A stretch of DNA of 64,000 nucleotides from NCBI GenBank assembly GCA_039621445.1, contig CP154954.1, positions 23,696,954 to 23,760,953 of the forward strand, read 5' to 3'. The notes under the pieces were generated by a model, which ran no database searches, had not been told where the DNA came from, and saw only the letters and a program-made list of their open reading frames with translations. Each line of letters begins with the position of its first letter. Positions within the stretch are counted from its first letter, which is position 1. A program made the position numbers and the translations under genes. Of this stretch, positions 1 through 21,390 are shown piece after piece. The stretch comes from Euglena gracilis (lineage: Eukaryota).

Positions 1-1945
1 AATGGTGACGTTCTCGCGGAACTTGTCCATCCAGTTCAACGTAATGGTCTTCCTAGTCCAACGTCCTTGGAGTACTACAACGTCACGGTGACGCTGTCCC
101 CCCCGGAAGTTGTTCTGCTAGTCCAGCTTGATAGTGGTGCTGTCCCCCCCCAGAGGTTGTTCAACCAGCCGAACGTATCGATGGTATTGTTGCTCTCCAG
201 ACGATGTTCACCAAGTCCATTGTCAGCCCCCCCCCACCGGAATTTGTCCAACGTCATGGTGGTTTTGTCCTTCCAAAACATGTTCACCCATTCCAACGTC
301 ATGGTGGTGCTTCACCCCAAAATTGTTCTGTCCGTCGAATGTCAGGATGGGGTTGTCCCTCCAGAACTTGTTCTACCAGTTAAACGTCAAGGTGGTTCTG
401 TCACCCCTGAACTTGTTCTACCAGTCCAAAGTCATCGTGGTGTTAATTCCGATATTTGTTCAGCTAGCCCAACGCGTCATGGTCCTCTCGGAACTTGTCC
501 CACGTCATTGTGGTGCTGACCCCCTGAACTTGTCCAACGTCATGATGGTCCTGTCCCTGGTTGTCCAACGTCCAACGTTGTGGCGGGGTTGGCGTCCCAG
601 AAGCAGGTCAGCCAGTCCAAATTCATTGCCCCCCCAGATCTTGTCCAACATCACAGTGTCCCCCCCCCCCCGGAACTTGATCTACCACTCCATCGCCACG
701 GTGGTGTTGTCCCCCTGGAACTTGTCCAACATCATAAACATCATGGCGATGGTGTCTCCATAGAACTGGTTCAGTGTCATAGTGGTGCTATCTCCCCCCC
801 TGGAACATGTTCACCCAGTCCAACGTCATGGTGGTGCTGTGCCCCCCTGAACTTGCTCTGCCAGTCTAACGTCACGGTCCCCCATAATTTGTCATGGTTG
901 CCCTATCCCCGGAAATTGTTCCACCACTCCATGGTCATAGTTGTGCTGTCCCCCGGAATTTGTCCTACCAGTTAAATGTCATATGGTGGCACTGTCTTCC
1001 TGAAACTTGTTCTATGCGTCCAACGTCGTGGAGGGGTTATCATTCCAGAAGTCTTCCCACCAGTACACAGTCATGGTCCCTCCAGAACGTCCAACGTCAC
1101 GGTGGTGTTGTCCCCCAGAAATTTTTCTGCCAGTCGAACGTCATGATGATGATGCCCCTCCAGAACTAGTTCCACCAGTAAAATGTCAAGGTGGTTCTGC
1201 CCCTCTGAACTTCTTCAGCCAGTCCAATGTCATCGTGGGGCTGTCCTCCCAAAAGTTCTTCCGCCAGTCCAGGGTCATGATCCCCCCGGAATTTGTCCAA
1301 CATCATGGCGGTGTTGTCTCCACAGAATTTGTCCAACGTCATGGTGGTGCTGTCCCCCCGGAAATTGTTCACCCAGCCCAACGCCATGGCGTTGTTGTCC
1401 TTGCAGAAGTTGTTCAGCCTGTCTAAAGTCATGGTGTCTCCAGAAAATTTTTCCAACATCTTGGCGGCGTTGCCCCCCCTCGGAACTTGTTCTGCTTGTC
1501 CATTGTCATGGTGATGCTGTCCCTTCGGAGCTTTTCTACCAGTCCATCGTCATGGCAGTGCTGTCCCCCAAGGACTTGTTCTACCAGTTAAACCTCATGG
1601 TCACAACTTGTTCTACCAGTCCAACGTCATAGTGGTGCTGTCCCCCAGTACGTGTTCTGTCAGTCCTGGTGGTGTTCTCATCCCAAAAGTGTTCAGCCAG
1701 TTCAACGTCGTGGTCCCACCTGATCTTGTCCAACGTCATGGTGGTGTTGTCCAACATGGTGATGTTGCCCCCAAATCCAACATCACGATGCTCACCCGGA
1801 ACTTGTCCTACCAAGCAAATGTGATGGTGGTTCTGTCTGCCTTGTACTCAGCAACGTCATGTTTGACGTCTCTTTTTTCTTCCCTGCACTTGTCATCCAG
1901 TCCACCTTCACAGTGCACTGTTCACAGTGGTGTTCTCAGCCCCTA
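1..1945. repeat. Degenerate tandem satellite, unit ~40-45 bp (GAACTTGTTCTACCAGTCCAACGTCATGGTGGTGCTGTCCCCC-like)
   Basis: The motifs TCCAACGTCATGGTGG and GAACTTGT recur dozens of times. ORFs here are repeat translations. Confidence 0.85.
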
Positions 1946-4140
1946 AACTTCTTGGCCAATGACCATATGGCGATGTTCTCCCCCTGATCTCCCTAAATTG
2001 CTACGTGTTACTTAATTTCCACTTCTATGCTGCCTCCATTGCAGCGCCCCCCTCACACCCATTCCTCGGGCATTACGTACCATGTTCCTCCTTAGGGGAT
2101 GTTGGGCTGCTGCTGGGCTGCTGTAGTGTACGACAGTTGTTCTTGGCTTGACTACCAGCCCGGGCCCTGGGTGTGCCCCACGGGGGCAGGCCTGCTTGTG
2201 CGGGTCTGCCCACCGTGGGCACTGCGCTTCAGCAGGGCACAGCAAACCCAAACCCAAAACCCCACCTGCCAGGGGGGTCCGGACCGACCCTCGGGGGGGT
2301 TCCCGGGACCCCCCCAAAAAGGGTCAATTTTTTCCTCCGGCGCTTTGCGCCGAAATTTTTTTTGCATTTTTGGCACATTTTTGCCCAAAAAGTGCCCAAA
2401 ATGGCACTTTTGGTCGTTTTGGGGGGTCAAAAATTTTCGGCCACCCTGACCGCGCACCTGTTTAGGTGGGGGGGGGGTGTCCCCCCCACCCCCCCCCCTC
2501 CTGGCCCGCAGAGGGGGGGTCCGGACCACCCCCCCCACCTGTCCTTATATCGAACCGTGGCCCCAACCCAGCCTCTCATTATGGGTGTGCGTCGCAACGC
2601 CAGCGGTCGACCCAAAGTTGGCTTCTCGTCTATGCCGCCCTCCCCCACGGTGGCCACTGCTGCTGCAACCGCTGCTGTTGCCACAGCTTTGCCTCCCTCT
2701 TCTGCCTTTGCGAGAGCGAGTTCGGGCCTCGCACGCGCCCCCCCCCCCCCCCGGCCCAATGGCCCCCTCGGGGCCCACAGCACATGTGCTGTGTCTGAGG
2801 CCTGCTTTCCCTGTACGACCGCTGGGGCGATCGACCGTTGCCTCTGGCGGCTGCGCTGCTTCTGCCTGCCGGGCGTTGGGCGCCAGCACACTGAAAATGC
2901 CCCTTGCCGCCCCAGACGGCTGGTAACTTCAGAAACGTAACATGAGAAAAGCCAACAAGAAACCCACGACTCCTTCGTTTGTTGAAGCAGGGTTTTAAAA
3001 ACGGCACTCAGAATGTTGCACTGAATGACCCTTTCCACCATCATGATTTAACGTGGTTTTCCCAGGAAAAATTCTGACCAAATTTTGAGTCTGTGATTGC
3101 ACACGAATTCTCGTTCCCATCCACCTCAGGTTTGCAACTGGGAAGGGCAACGACGTAGCTACCCCCCCCCCCCCCCGGACGCTGTCCTCTCCTGGGAAAA
3201 TGTCACCAAACCTCCATACTCGCTGACCTGTCACTACAGGGATAGGGACCTGTCAGCTGCCTCTGTGGTTTATCATCTCATTTTTTTTGGAATTTTGGTG
3301 TTTTCTCACGGAAAATGGATTTTTTTTTGAAGGTCGACCTCATTTTTAGAATTTTGGTAACAAAAATGTGAAAGAAATATGAAGGAATTGCATTTTTTTG
3401 AATTTTGAGTCAGTGTGGTGTCGAAAGTTTCGTCTTTTTCTATCCGACCCAGACCTGAGCCCTGTACTCATAGACCTGTCACCATAAGGACCTGTCACCG
3501 ACCTCTGTACTCGCTGACTTGACAGGTGACAGTTTCCTGGGGGGCAGAAGGTATTCCACCAACATCGGTTTTTCTCATCTTCAATTTTTTTTTTATATCT
3601 GCATCCTCTTCCTCGTTTCCCTGGGTGGAAAGTTTCGTTTTTTGTAGATCAAAGAGTTCGAAATTGCCGCGGATTTTCTAAGGAACTCTCAAGCAAAGGA
3701 AAGGGACATTGAAAGCCTCTCAATTCCCAGCAAATCCCAGCAATGCAATTTTTCCCGGTGTGTGGCAGCGCAATGTATGTGATGGATGAACCATTCCTGG
3801 GTATTACAAAGAAAAGAGTTGACTGACAATAATTTGAAGAGTTCAAGCACTCCCACCCACCTTAAAGATTGCCCTCCTTTAATGCGCCTGACCGCTCATT
3901 TTTTTTTGAAACATCAGCACACCATTGATCCACCTGCATTTGGCTTTTTTTCTGCTTCATTTATCAGAGATCCTACCATATGTTCTGAAAATTGCACAAT
4001 GGCATCAAAGTTGTGCAACCCTCATTTTTTTTCAATGGAAAGTTTTGCCCTTGGGGAAAAAGCCACCTCTGCCTGTGAGAGTGGTTGGCATGCACCGACC
4101 CCTGCTGTGACAGCAGGACACCGTCAAGGCACATCGCATG

Positions 4141-4576
4141 TAAGACCCCCCGGAAAATAAGACCCCCCCCCAAAATAAGACCCCCCAAAATAGGACCCCC
4201 CCCCTGGGCCGATCAAACAAAAATCCAAAAATAAGACCCCCCCCCATAAATAGGACCCCCCCCGACGGTGAAAATTTTCCAAAATAATTACCAAAACCCC
4301 AATTCCATAAACAAATGATGAAATTTCAAAAATTTTCAGAATTTTGAAGTGCAAAAAACATGGTAAATGTCAATTTACACCAATTCACACATGGCGCGAA
4401 GCGCGAAAACTTTGGTGCTCTTGGGAACCTGAAAAATTATGTTTTTTTGGGCCCGGGTCGGTCAAGAAAAAATCCAAAAATAAGATCCCCCCAAAAATAA
4501 GACCCCCCCCCCCTGGAGGTTTCCAGCAACGGACCCAAAAATAAGACCCGGGTCTTATTTTTGTGGGGGGGGGTTA
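4141..4576. mobile_element. MITE with AAAATAAGACCC subterminal repeats
   Basis: Ends CCCCCCGGAAAATAAGACCC / GGGTCTTATTTTTGTGGGGG are inverted. A related copy in the opposite orientation lies at 8275-8733. Confidence 0.7.
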
Positions 4577-4675
4577 GGTTTTTCTCTTTGATCGGTATCT
4601 TTTTTTGGACCTCCCAGAATCATGTTTTGTTTGCAAGGTTGCTATTTTGGATGGGACAAGAATAGCTAATGGCGA

Positions 4676-4688
4676 NNNNNNNNNNNNN
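4676..4688. other. Assembly gap (N run)
   Basis: Run of n characters. Confidence 1.
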
Positions 4689-5032
4689 AGGTCAAACTGC
4701 TCAGCGTCGAATTCCTCGTGATCCGTGACCATAGATTCACTTGACACCTGTGTGACCCCTCTGGGCGATTTTGAGAGTGGGTGGGTGGGTCCTGGACCCC
4801 CTCCCCGGGGGGGGGGGGGTGGGGTGCGCCGTGGGCGGGTTTCCTTTCTTAGGAGGTTTGCACCCCCTAAAGACCACGTCAAATCACGCACAGTCACATC
4901 AAATCACGATTGAATTTTCGGTCGCTGGTTTTGTGGAAAGTGTGGGTTTCCACTGCGGCGGGATGGAACCGCCTCCCCCTTCGTTTCACTGCCCAAACTG
5001 TCACCGGGCACAGCGCCTCGCCCCCACACCAC

Positions 5033-5445
5033 ATGGCAGCGGAGGCCACGCTCCACCTCTCGTCCACGGATGTCCCCAGGGTTTGGCCGACTGCCCAGGC
5101 CTGAGTTCTGCTCTTTTCGCCTCAGAGTGGGGGGGGGGTACTCTCCGCTGTGTGCCCAACCCTGGCAGTGCCCTTGGCGTACTTCGACATGGACGCCGGG
5201 ACCCTGGGCGCCATCAAGAAGTTCCCCGCCTTCGCGGACTGGGCGCTGGCAGTACCCAGCCACCCCGAGTTTCGCGTCACTGGGTAGGCTTCCGTTCGTG
5301 GCAACACAAGTTGTGGACAAGATGAGTGCTGTGCTGTCACAGACATCATGGTGCCTGAGTGAGTGTGTACATGAGTGAGTGAGTGAGTGTGTGTGTATGC
5401 CGTTTGGTGTGGTACATGGCATGGCGTGGCGTCGCATGACGTCGT

Positions 5446-5522
<77 letters not shown>

Positions 5523-8500
5523 AGTTATTAAGCCAGACCCGTCCTACCACTGGGGGTCCAGCCACCCAGCACCTTTTCCCCAGACAGCAGCTCCCAGCCA
5601 GGCTAAGGACCCCCCCCCCCCTGAGCGGTAATAAAGTTTTGCAGCCTGTAAAGCCGGCCTGGACTGAAAGTATTTGAAAAGTGTTCAAAATATACAAAAT
5701 GGCCATTTTTGACCGTCCATATTTTGGCTGAAAAAGTACATGCCAGCTGAGTTTGAGCCCTTTTTTTTGCCTGTTTTCAGGTGCAGCTGGGTCCAGCCCG
5801 GCAGCCGGTAGGACCCCCCCAGCCAGCCAGTACCTTTTTCCAGCCGCACCCCAGGGGGTCCTGAAATAAATTAAATGGTGCATACGTATGCCAGTCCCTG
5901 AGCGGCGTCACGGAAGCCTGTCACCAAGGTGGAGGTGGAAAATGTGCGGTGGATTGGGCAGCGAGTCGATGGGGTCCGGGCAAAGGTGGACGTGCAGTCG
6001 ACGTCTGGTCAGGTGGTGACGCAGGCCACAGGGTTGCCTGTCGTTTGCCATTGCCAGTCCGGGCCGTCGAAGGTTCTTCAAGCATTTTGGTGGGGGGGCG
6101 GTCTTCACGAAGAATGGGCGGCTGGGTTTGGCACTGGAACTTTTTTTTTGTGTCGGATGACTCCACCCCTGGGGGTGGGTGGGTGGGTGGTCCGGGGCCA
6201 AGCCCCCCCCCAGGTGGCTCAGAGAGGTCCCCACGCCAGGGGGCCTGAGTCTGAGCTGCCAGAAAAGCTCCAGAAAATCTTTAGAAAACGCCTTCAGACA
6301 CTCCCCCCCCCCGCCCCGGGTTTTGAGCTGTCCTGGGTGGTGGGGCGCCCCTCCTCCTTCATCCTTCTCAGGGATCGCAAAGCGAATCTCTGGATACCAC
6401 CGCTGCGCCATTTGGGTGAGGAACACTGGAACTTCCCAAAGCGTGGCACACACCACACAACCCCCACACAAGACAAGCAATGAGAAGAAAACAGGTCTAT
6501 CCATAAGGTTGCCAAGCCGGAGGGGAGCCACCATCTGGGCCAGGGGCGGTCACAAAAATACAAGAGAATCAGGCGGCCTAAATGAGACTCCCCCCCAAAG
6601 CTTTCCAGCAAAGCACCTAACTCCCCGCCCCCCAATTGAATCACGGGGCCGCAACAAGCGCAGGGTCCAAATAGAGCACCTGCTGCCAAAGGCGACGATC
6701 CGCTGCAAGCGCACCCCTCATTTCCATGGGATTTCTAAATAAAATCAACAAAAATCTCGCAGGTAGGGTCCAACTAGAAGCGCACCCCCCCGTCGCGGCG
6801 GTCCGAGGCCCAAGGGTCCGAGGCGGCGGTCCGCTGTAAGCGCAATGTGCTTCTATTGGGGGTTTAACAGTAAGTCCCGGGTCTTATTTGGGGGACGGTC
6901 ACAACAACACCTGCGGGGGTCTGAAACTCTCCTTCATCGAAAAAGCAGAAAACGGCGGTTTATTTGAAAGGCTCGGCCGGCAGCGATTCTGCGGCAGCGC
7001 CGTGTGGCGCGGTGGTGGACACGGCGGAGCACAAGGAGCTGGCGGTGGTGCTGCCCGTCCTGCGACGGCCCGGGGGGCAGTTCCTCTTCCTCGAGCGGAG
7101 CACCTTCGTCACCCCCGGCCGCCGCTCCCTCGTCGCCCTGCAGGGCCACGTGGCGGGGCCCCGGGACGTGCCCAGGGCCACTGGCCAGTCAGCCGTTTGA
7201 AAACCTGACGTCGCTCCAGCTCGCCAAACTTTTTTTTTTGCAGTACGGGTCGCCAATGGTCATTGCGCCAATATCGACCCCCTCACAAGGAACCCCCTGG
7301 GCTGCACAAGAGAGTCAGCATGGTTTGGAGCCCCCCCCCCCCCGGTGCTCGTCCGCAATGTCGGCCCCCCCGTCGGCGTCCCACACCCTGCCCCCAGTGC
7401 TGCGCGACGCCGCGGCGCTGGAGGCCATTGGGCTGCACCCCAGCCACGCTGTTCCCTGGTGGGTGTCCTGCCCTCGCAACCAGGCTCTGCTTAAGGGATT
7501 GCAGTACCCCCCCCCCCCGAGTGGGGGGCTGGACTGCAGCTAGTCCAAATTTGGCTAGTGGGATTTCTAGCAGACCTCCCCCCCCCCGGGAGGTCTGCTA
7601 GCAGGGCTAGCTAGTGGAATTTTTTTTCCAGTGACCGGCCCCCCGGTCCTTAAGCAGAAGCCTGCTCGCAACCCGGGGGGTGCATATACCCACCTAGTTT
7701 GAGAGAGAAAAGGACCTAAGAATATACACGTCCCGAGTGACGTGGCATGTGGCGTCACTCTAATCATGCATGACCTGTCCATTCGGGACACACCAGAGGT
7801 ACACGAATCCATGGCTGAGAGCAGTGATGAGAGCGAGCCCCAGCAAGCCCGCAGGGTGGGTGGGGCAGTGCCTTGACGCGGGTATGACTGGCTTTTTTTG
7901 AGTGATCGGCTGGCTTCCCCTCCCACCCCAGAGAAGCGACGGTGTGGCCCCAGCCCGGCGGACATCACGCCCCTGTCCCCCAAGGCGTTCCACTGCAGCA
8001 CCGACGGCAGCGCGGAGGCAGTGCGCTTCTTCTGCTGGACGATCGGCGACCGCCCCATGACGCACTTCCCGGCGCCGTACGGCGCGCAGGCGACGGCCGG
8101 CGAATGACCACAACGCTGAAGGTGCGGAAGGTCTTCCAGCCCCCTGGGGCCAATTTCTGTACCTTTCTGAGCTTCCAGGGGGTTCTCATGGCAAGTTTTC
8201 AGCAAGTTTTAGGGTTTCACATACCTAGCCCCCCCCTGAGAAATTGCTATGCCCGGGAAACTGTCATGGTCCCAGTAAACCCCCCCCAAAAATAAGACCC
8301 CGGGTCCATTTCATGGGTCGGTTGCTGGAAAGCCCGAGGGGGGGGGGTCTTATTCATGGGGGGGTCCATTTTATGGATTTTTGCTGGAAAATTTTCGACC
8401 CCCCATAATGTCCAAAAATGCCCCCCAAAATACCATTTTTCGAAAACTTCGGCGCTTCGCGCCAGACAAATAGGGGAAAATATGCTGAATTGTATGGAAA

Positions 8501-9189
8501 CTGTCCCAAAATGACAGATTTACCGCCCAAAAATAAAAAAAAAAAAAAAAATCCGGCGCTTCGCGCCGGCAGGGGGGGTCTTATTTATGGGGGGGGGTCC
8601 CTTCAGGGGGGTGGGTCCACAATTTCATGGATTTTGAGCTCGGACCGGCCAGGGGGGTTTTGGACCGGCCAGGGGGGGTGCTTATTTTCGGGGGGGGCCA
8701 TTTTATGGGGGGTCTTATTTTGTGGGGGGTTACTTGGTAATATCAAGGTCTCCGGTGCTGGCCGACCTTGAGGTGACCGTTTCCCAAGGGGGCAGTTTCA
8801 CTTCTTTTGGAGCTTTTTTTGCTGCCCAGCTCTGTCCCTCCCAGGGGTGGGGGGGGGCTTCTGTCCTTTCTGATTCAGTGTTGTTTAGCAAAATAACTAT
8901 TGTCCTCAGAACCTGGAGCCTGTGGCAGCGGGCCAACACCTGGGCGGCGGATCTGTCTCAACTGATGGCTTGGCATCATTCTTCGCAACAACCGCCCCAC
9001 ACACCCGCATCACCACTCCCCCCCCTTCCTGCCTGGCGCCTGCCCCCCAGCCACCAGTTCGTGCTGGTGGGGGAGGCGGAGGTGGAGGAGCAGGTTTTCG
9101 GCCACGCCGCGGGCAAAGGGGAGCTGCGCATCACGGACGCCAACACCGTCCTGGCGCTGGCCCTCTACCGCAAGCTGCAGCGCGGCTGA
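5033..9189 (+). CDS. Nudix-fold protein (NUDT14/ADP-sugar pyrophosphatase-like, degenerate Nudix box), 7 exons, ~240 aa
   Basis: Exons about 5033-5073, 5170-5281, 5926-6023, 7011-7169, 7396-7441, 7952-8083 and 9049-9189 join in frame: MAAEATLHLSSTDVPLAYFDMDAGTLGAIKKFPAFADWAL...VEVENVRWIGQRVDGVRAKVDV...LAVVLPVL...CSTDGSAEAVRFF...ITDANTVLALALYRKLQRG*. The order of blocks parallels plant/fungal NUDT14-like proteins. Junctions are uncertain by 1-2 nt. Confidence 0.8.
5170..5281 (+). CDS. Nudix-like gene exon 2
   Basis: GC3-rich frame PLAYFDMDAGTLGAIKKFPAFADWALAVPSHPEFRVT. Confidence 0.8.
5447..5521. repeat. (GT)n microsatellite
   Basis: Perfect dinucleotide run. Confidence 0.98.
5926..6023 (+). 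CDS. Nudix-like gene exon 3
   Basis: KVEVENVRWIGQRVDGVRAKVDVQSTSGQVVTQ, preceded by the intron end CTGTCACC|. Confidence 0.8.
7011..7169 (+). CDS. Nudix-like gene exon 4
   Basis: VVDTAEHKELAVVLPVLRRPGGQFLFLERSTFVTPGRRSLVALQGHVAGPRDV. Confidence 0.8.
7396..7441 (+). CDS. Nudix-like gene exon 5
   Basis: VLRDAAALEAIGLHP, bounded by CTGCCCCC| and |AGCCAC. Confidence 0.7.
7481..7664. mobile_element. hAT-type MITE (intronic)
   Basis: TIR CAGGCTCTGCTTAAGG / CCTTAAGCAGAAGCCTG, with a perfect 8-bp TSD CTCGCAAC on both sides. Same family as 19506-19891. Confidence 0.9.
7952..8083 (+). CDS. Nudix-like gene exon 6
   Basis: SPADITPLSPKAFHCSTDGSAEAVRFFCWTIGDRPMTHFPAPYG. Confidence 0.8.
8275..8733. mobile_element. 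MITE with AAAATAAGACCC repeats (intronic)
   Basis: TIR GTAAACCCCCCCAAAAATAAGACCCC / GGGGTCTTATTTTGTGGGGGGTTAC. Inverted homologue of 4141-4576. Confidence 0.75.
9049..9189 (+). CDS. Nudix-like gene last exon
   Basis: SHQFVLVGEAEVEEQVFG...ITDANTVLALALYRKLQRG*, which contains the I-x-D-A-x-T C-terminal helix motif of ADP-ribose/ADP-sugar pyrophosphatases. Confidence 0.85.
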   Translation, partial: SHQFVLVGEAEVEEQVFGHAAGKGELRITDANTVLALALYRKLQRG

Positions 9190-11308
9190 CCCCCCCCCCC
9201 CCCCCCGGGCTCCCCCTTCGCCTGAACGGGTGCACGGCTTCTCTGTGGTCTGTGGGGTCGCCTGCGCACAAGGTGGGTGCTTACTTCATCCATGCGTGGG
9301 GTGGGTTTTTTTTGAATGTTGCAACTTTCACTTCCTCCATCCTCCCGCAGTTCGATGCCAACCCTCAACGTTTTGGACCCGAACCGATGTATGTCTGTTG
9401 TGTGTTTCAGCGTTGCTGCTGGCGTGCCGCTTCCCTGCAGCAACCTCGAACTGAACACTTCTGTTGCGAAGTCGGAAGTGGCAAGGCGATAAGAGGGAAA
9501 AGGGGTACAGGGTGGTCCACACAGAATCGGATTTTTCTAAAAAAGGCTTCTGAAGGTGTGGAGTTTTGCCAGCACTGGCAAAACTCCACACATGTCAAGA
9601 TTCTCATGGAAGAGATTTTGCGGCATTTTTTTTGAGCTGGTTTAGGTATGGGAGAGGAGAAGCAAGGAAGCAGATAAGGGGTAACGGGTCCTCATGTTGT
9701 GTGGATCTCTGCCAAACTGGTCGTCATTGCATGCAAGCAAAATTATTGGTTCGTGGTTCGTCTCCACCCTACCCACACCGGCCGTTTTTTGGGACCAAGA
9801 CTTTCCGGAATTTGCATTGGGACGAATTTAAGCTACTTTCTTTTCTTATTCCTTTTCCTCGAATGGCTCTCCTTGAAATACTTTTTTTGTTGTGTGCACA
9901 GCAAACAGTGCCCATACCCATTTCCTTTCTACAAGCATGTTTGTCTACATCTGAAATTTGATTACCATGGCCAAGCAAAACATCTCGAAAATTCGTAGCA
10001 AGATCTGAAATTCAGTTAGATCCAAATAATAATAATTTTTCATATCAATTTTTAATTCGGCTGTATGTTCGACTTTGTTTGATTTTGGGTTCGATTCTTC
10101 CCGAGCATGCAGGGATGCAGGAAGGTCTAGAGGGGGGGGGAGGTTGGTAATGCAATAAAATCTCTGCGTCCTTCACAGGTCGTTTGTGATCACGATGCAT
10201 GCAACGTACTGCAGCGGACGATGGGTCTCGACGTGACTCTGTTTCAGCCACCCCTGGATTGCATTCATGCTTCATTTTCTTCCACCATGGTACAGGGGTT
10301 GACATTTTTTTAAGCATGTTGATGCCGAGATATGGGAATGAGTTCTGATTGCATGATGTTGTGTGTGCCCAAAAACCCCCCCCCCCAAATACCCCCCCCC
10401 CCCCGAAGCCCAGCCCAATCCTAAAAACCAAATCCCCCCAAACATGCAGCCTTTCCCGTTGGTTGTTGACAACCCAAAAGAAACATTTCTCTAGACTCCT
10501 AGGTGCAATTTTCCGTTTTCCGATGAAGAAGGGCCCACACTGTCCCAACTTGGCCAAGACCACTCGGAGGGACAGGAACGCACCCTCATAACAAGGAGGA
10601 GGCAGGAGGACGTGCCACAGTGGCAATGGATTCTCTCAATCATTCCAATGAGGCAGCCAAGGAGGGAAACCCTCGGCTCAAAGATACCACACTGTATGAT
10701 GTCTTCATTATGTCCACATTATGATTCATGTCTATATCTACCCCTGCATGAATAATTGATGCCAGAATGGGGGGCTGCGTTCTGGGTGGGCGAGAGAAAG
10801 CCGGGAGAGCTCCCATCCTGGAGGGGTGCACTTTGGCTGTTTGGTGCGGAACATCTTCGGGACAGGCAGCCAAAACGGGGCGGGGGAGGATGGTGGTCCC
10901 CCAGAAACTGCTGAAAAATCGGCGGTCATTATTGTGACCGGCAATTGCGACCTGTTTAACTGGTGAGTTTGTACAAAGTTTGCGCAAAATAATACACACG
11001 GCCCAGGGCAGGCTCTGGCTGCCGAGAGGCCATCTGAGGACCTCTGGGCGACGCCGCCTGCCACAGCTTTACATGCCGAGACAAGTTTTTTTTGCACGTG
11101 TTGCCTTTCGGTTTTTATTTGGGGAAATGTTGGACGGTGCAAGGGAGCGTTGCAGATGCGTTTGCGCAGCTTTGTGGCTTCCGCGCAGCTGGCGAACGGT
11201 GTGCTGCCTTGCGGCTTACCCGGGGAGGGGGTGGGGTAGGGTTGTGTGCCCAGCGGCCCATTCCTCGGAGTTCCTGTGCGTTCCAGAGGTGCCGGCAGTG
11301 GTGTGGCG

Positions 11309-21390
<10,082 letters not shown>

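Noticed and set aside
1-1945. CRISPR-like array
   Set aside because: The repeats are degenerate with no unique spacers and no cas genes, in a eukaryotic context.
67-1946. Overlapping ORFs of 75-211 aa
   Set aside because: They are translations of the satellite in several frames.
2545-2900. Possible minus-strand exons (ELALAKAEEGGKAVATAAVAAA...)
   Set aside because: The composition is plausible, but there is no recognisable domain and I could not support the junctions.
7490-7655. piggyBac/Kolobok element suggested by TTAA at both ends
   Set aside because: TTAA is internal to a longer TIR; the real ends are CAGG/CCTG with an 8-bp TSD.
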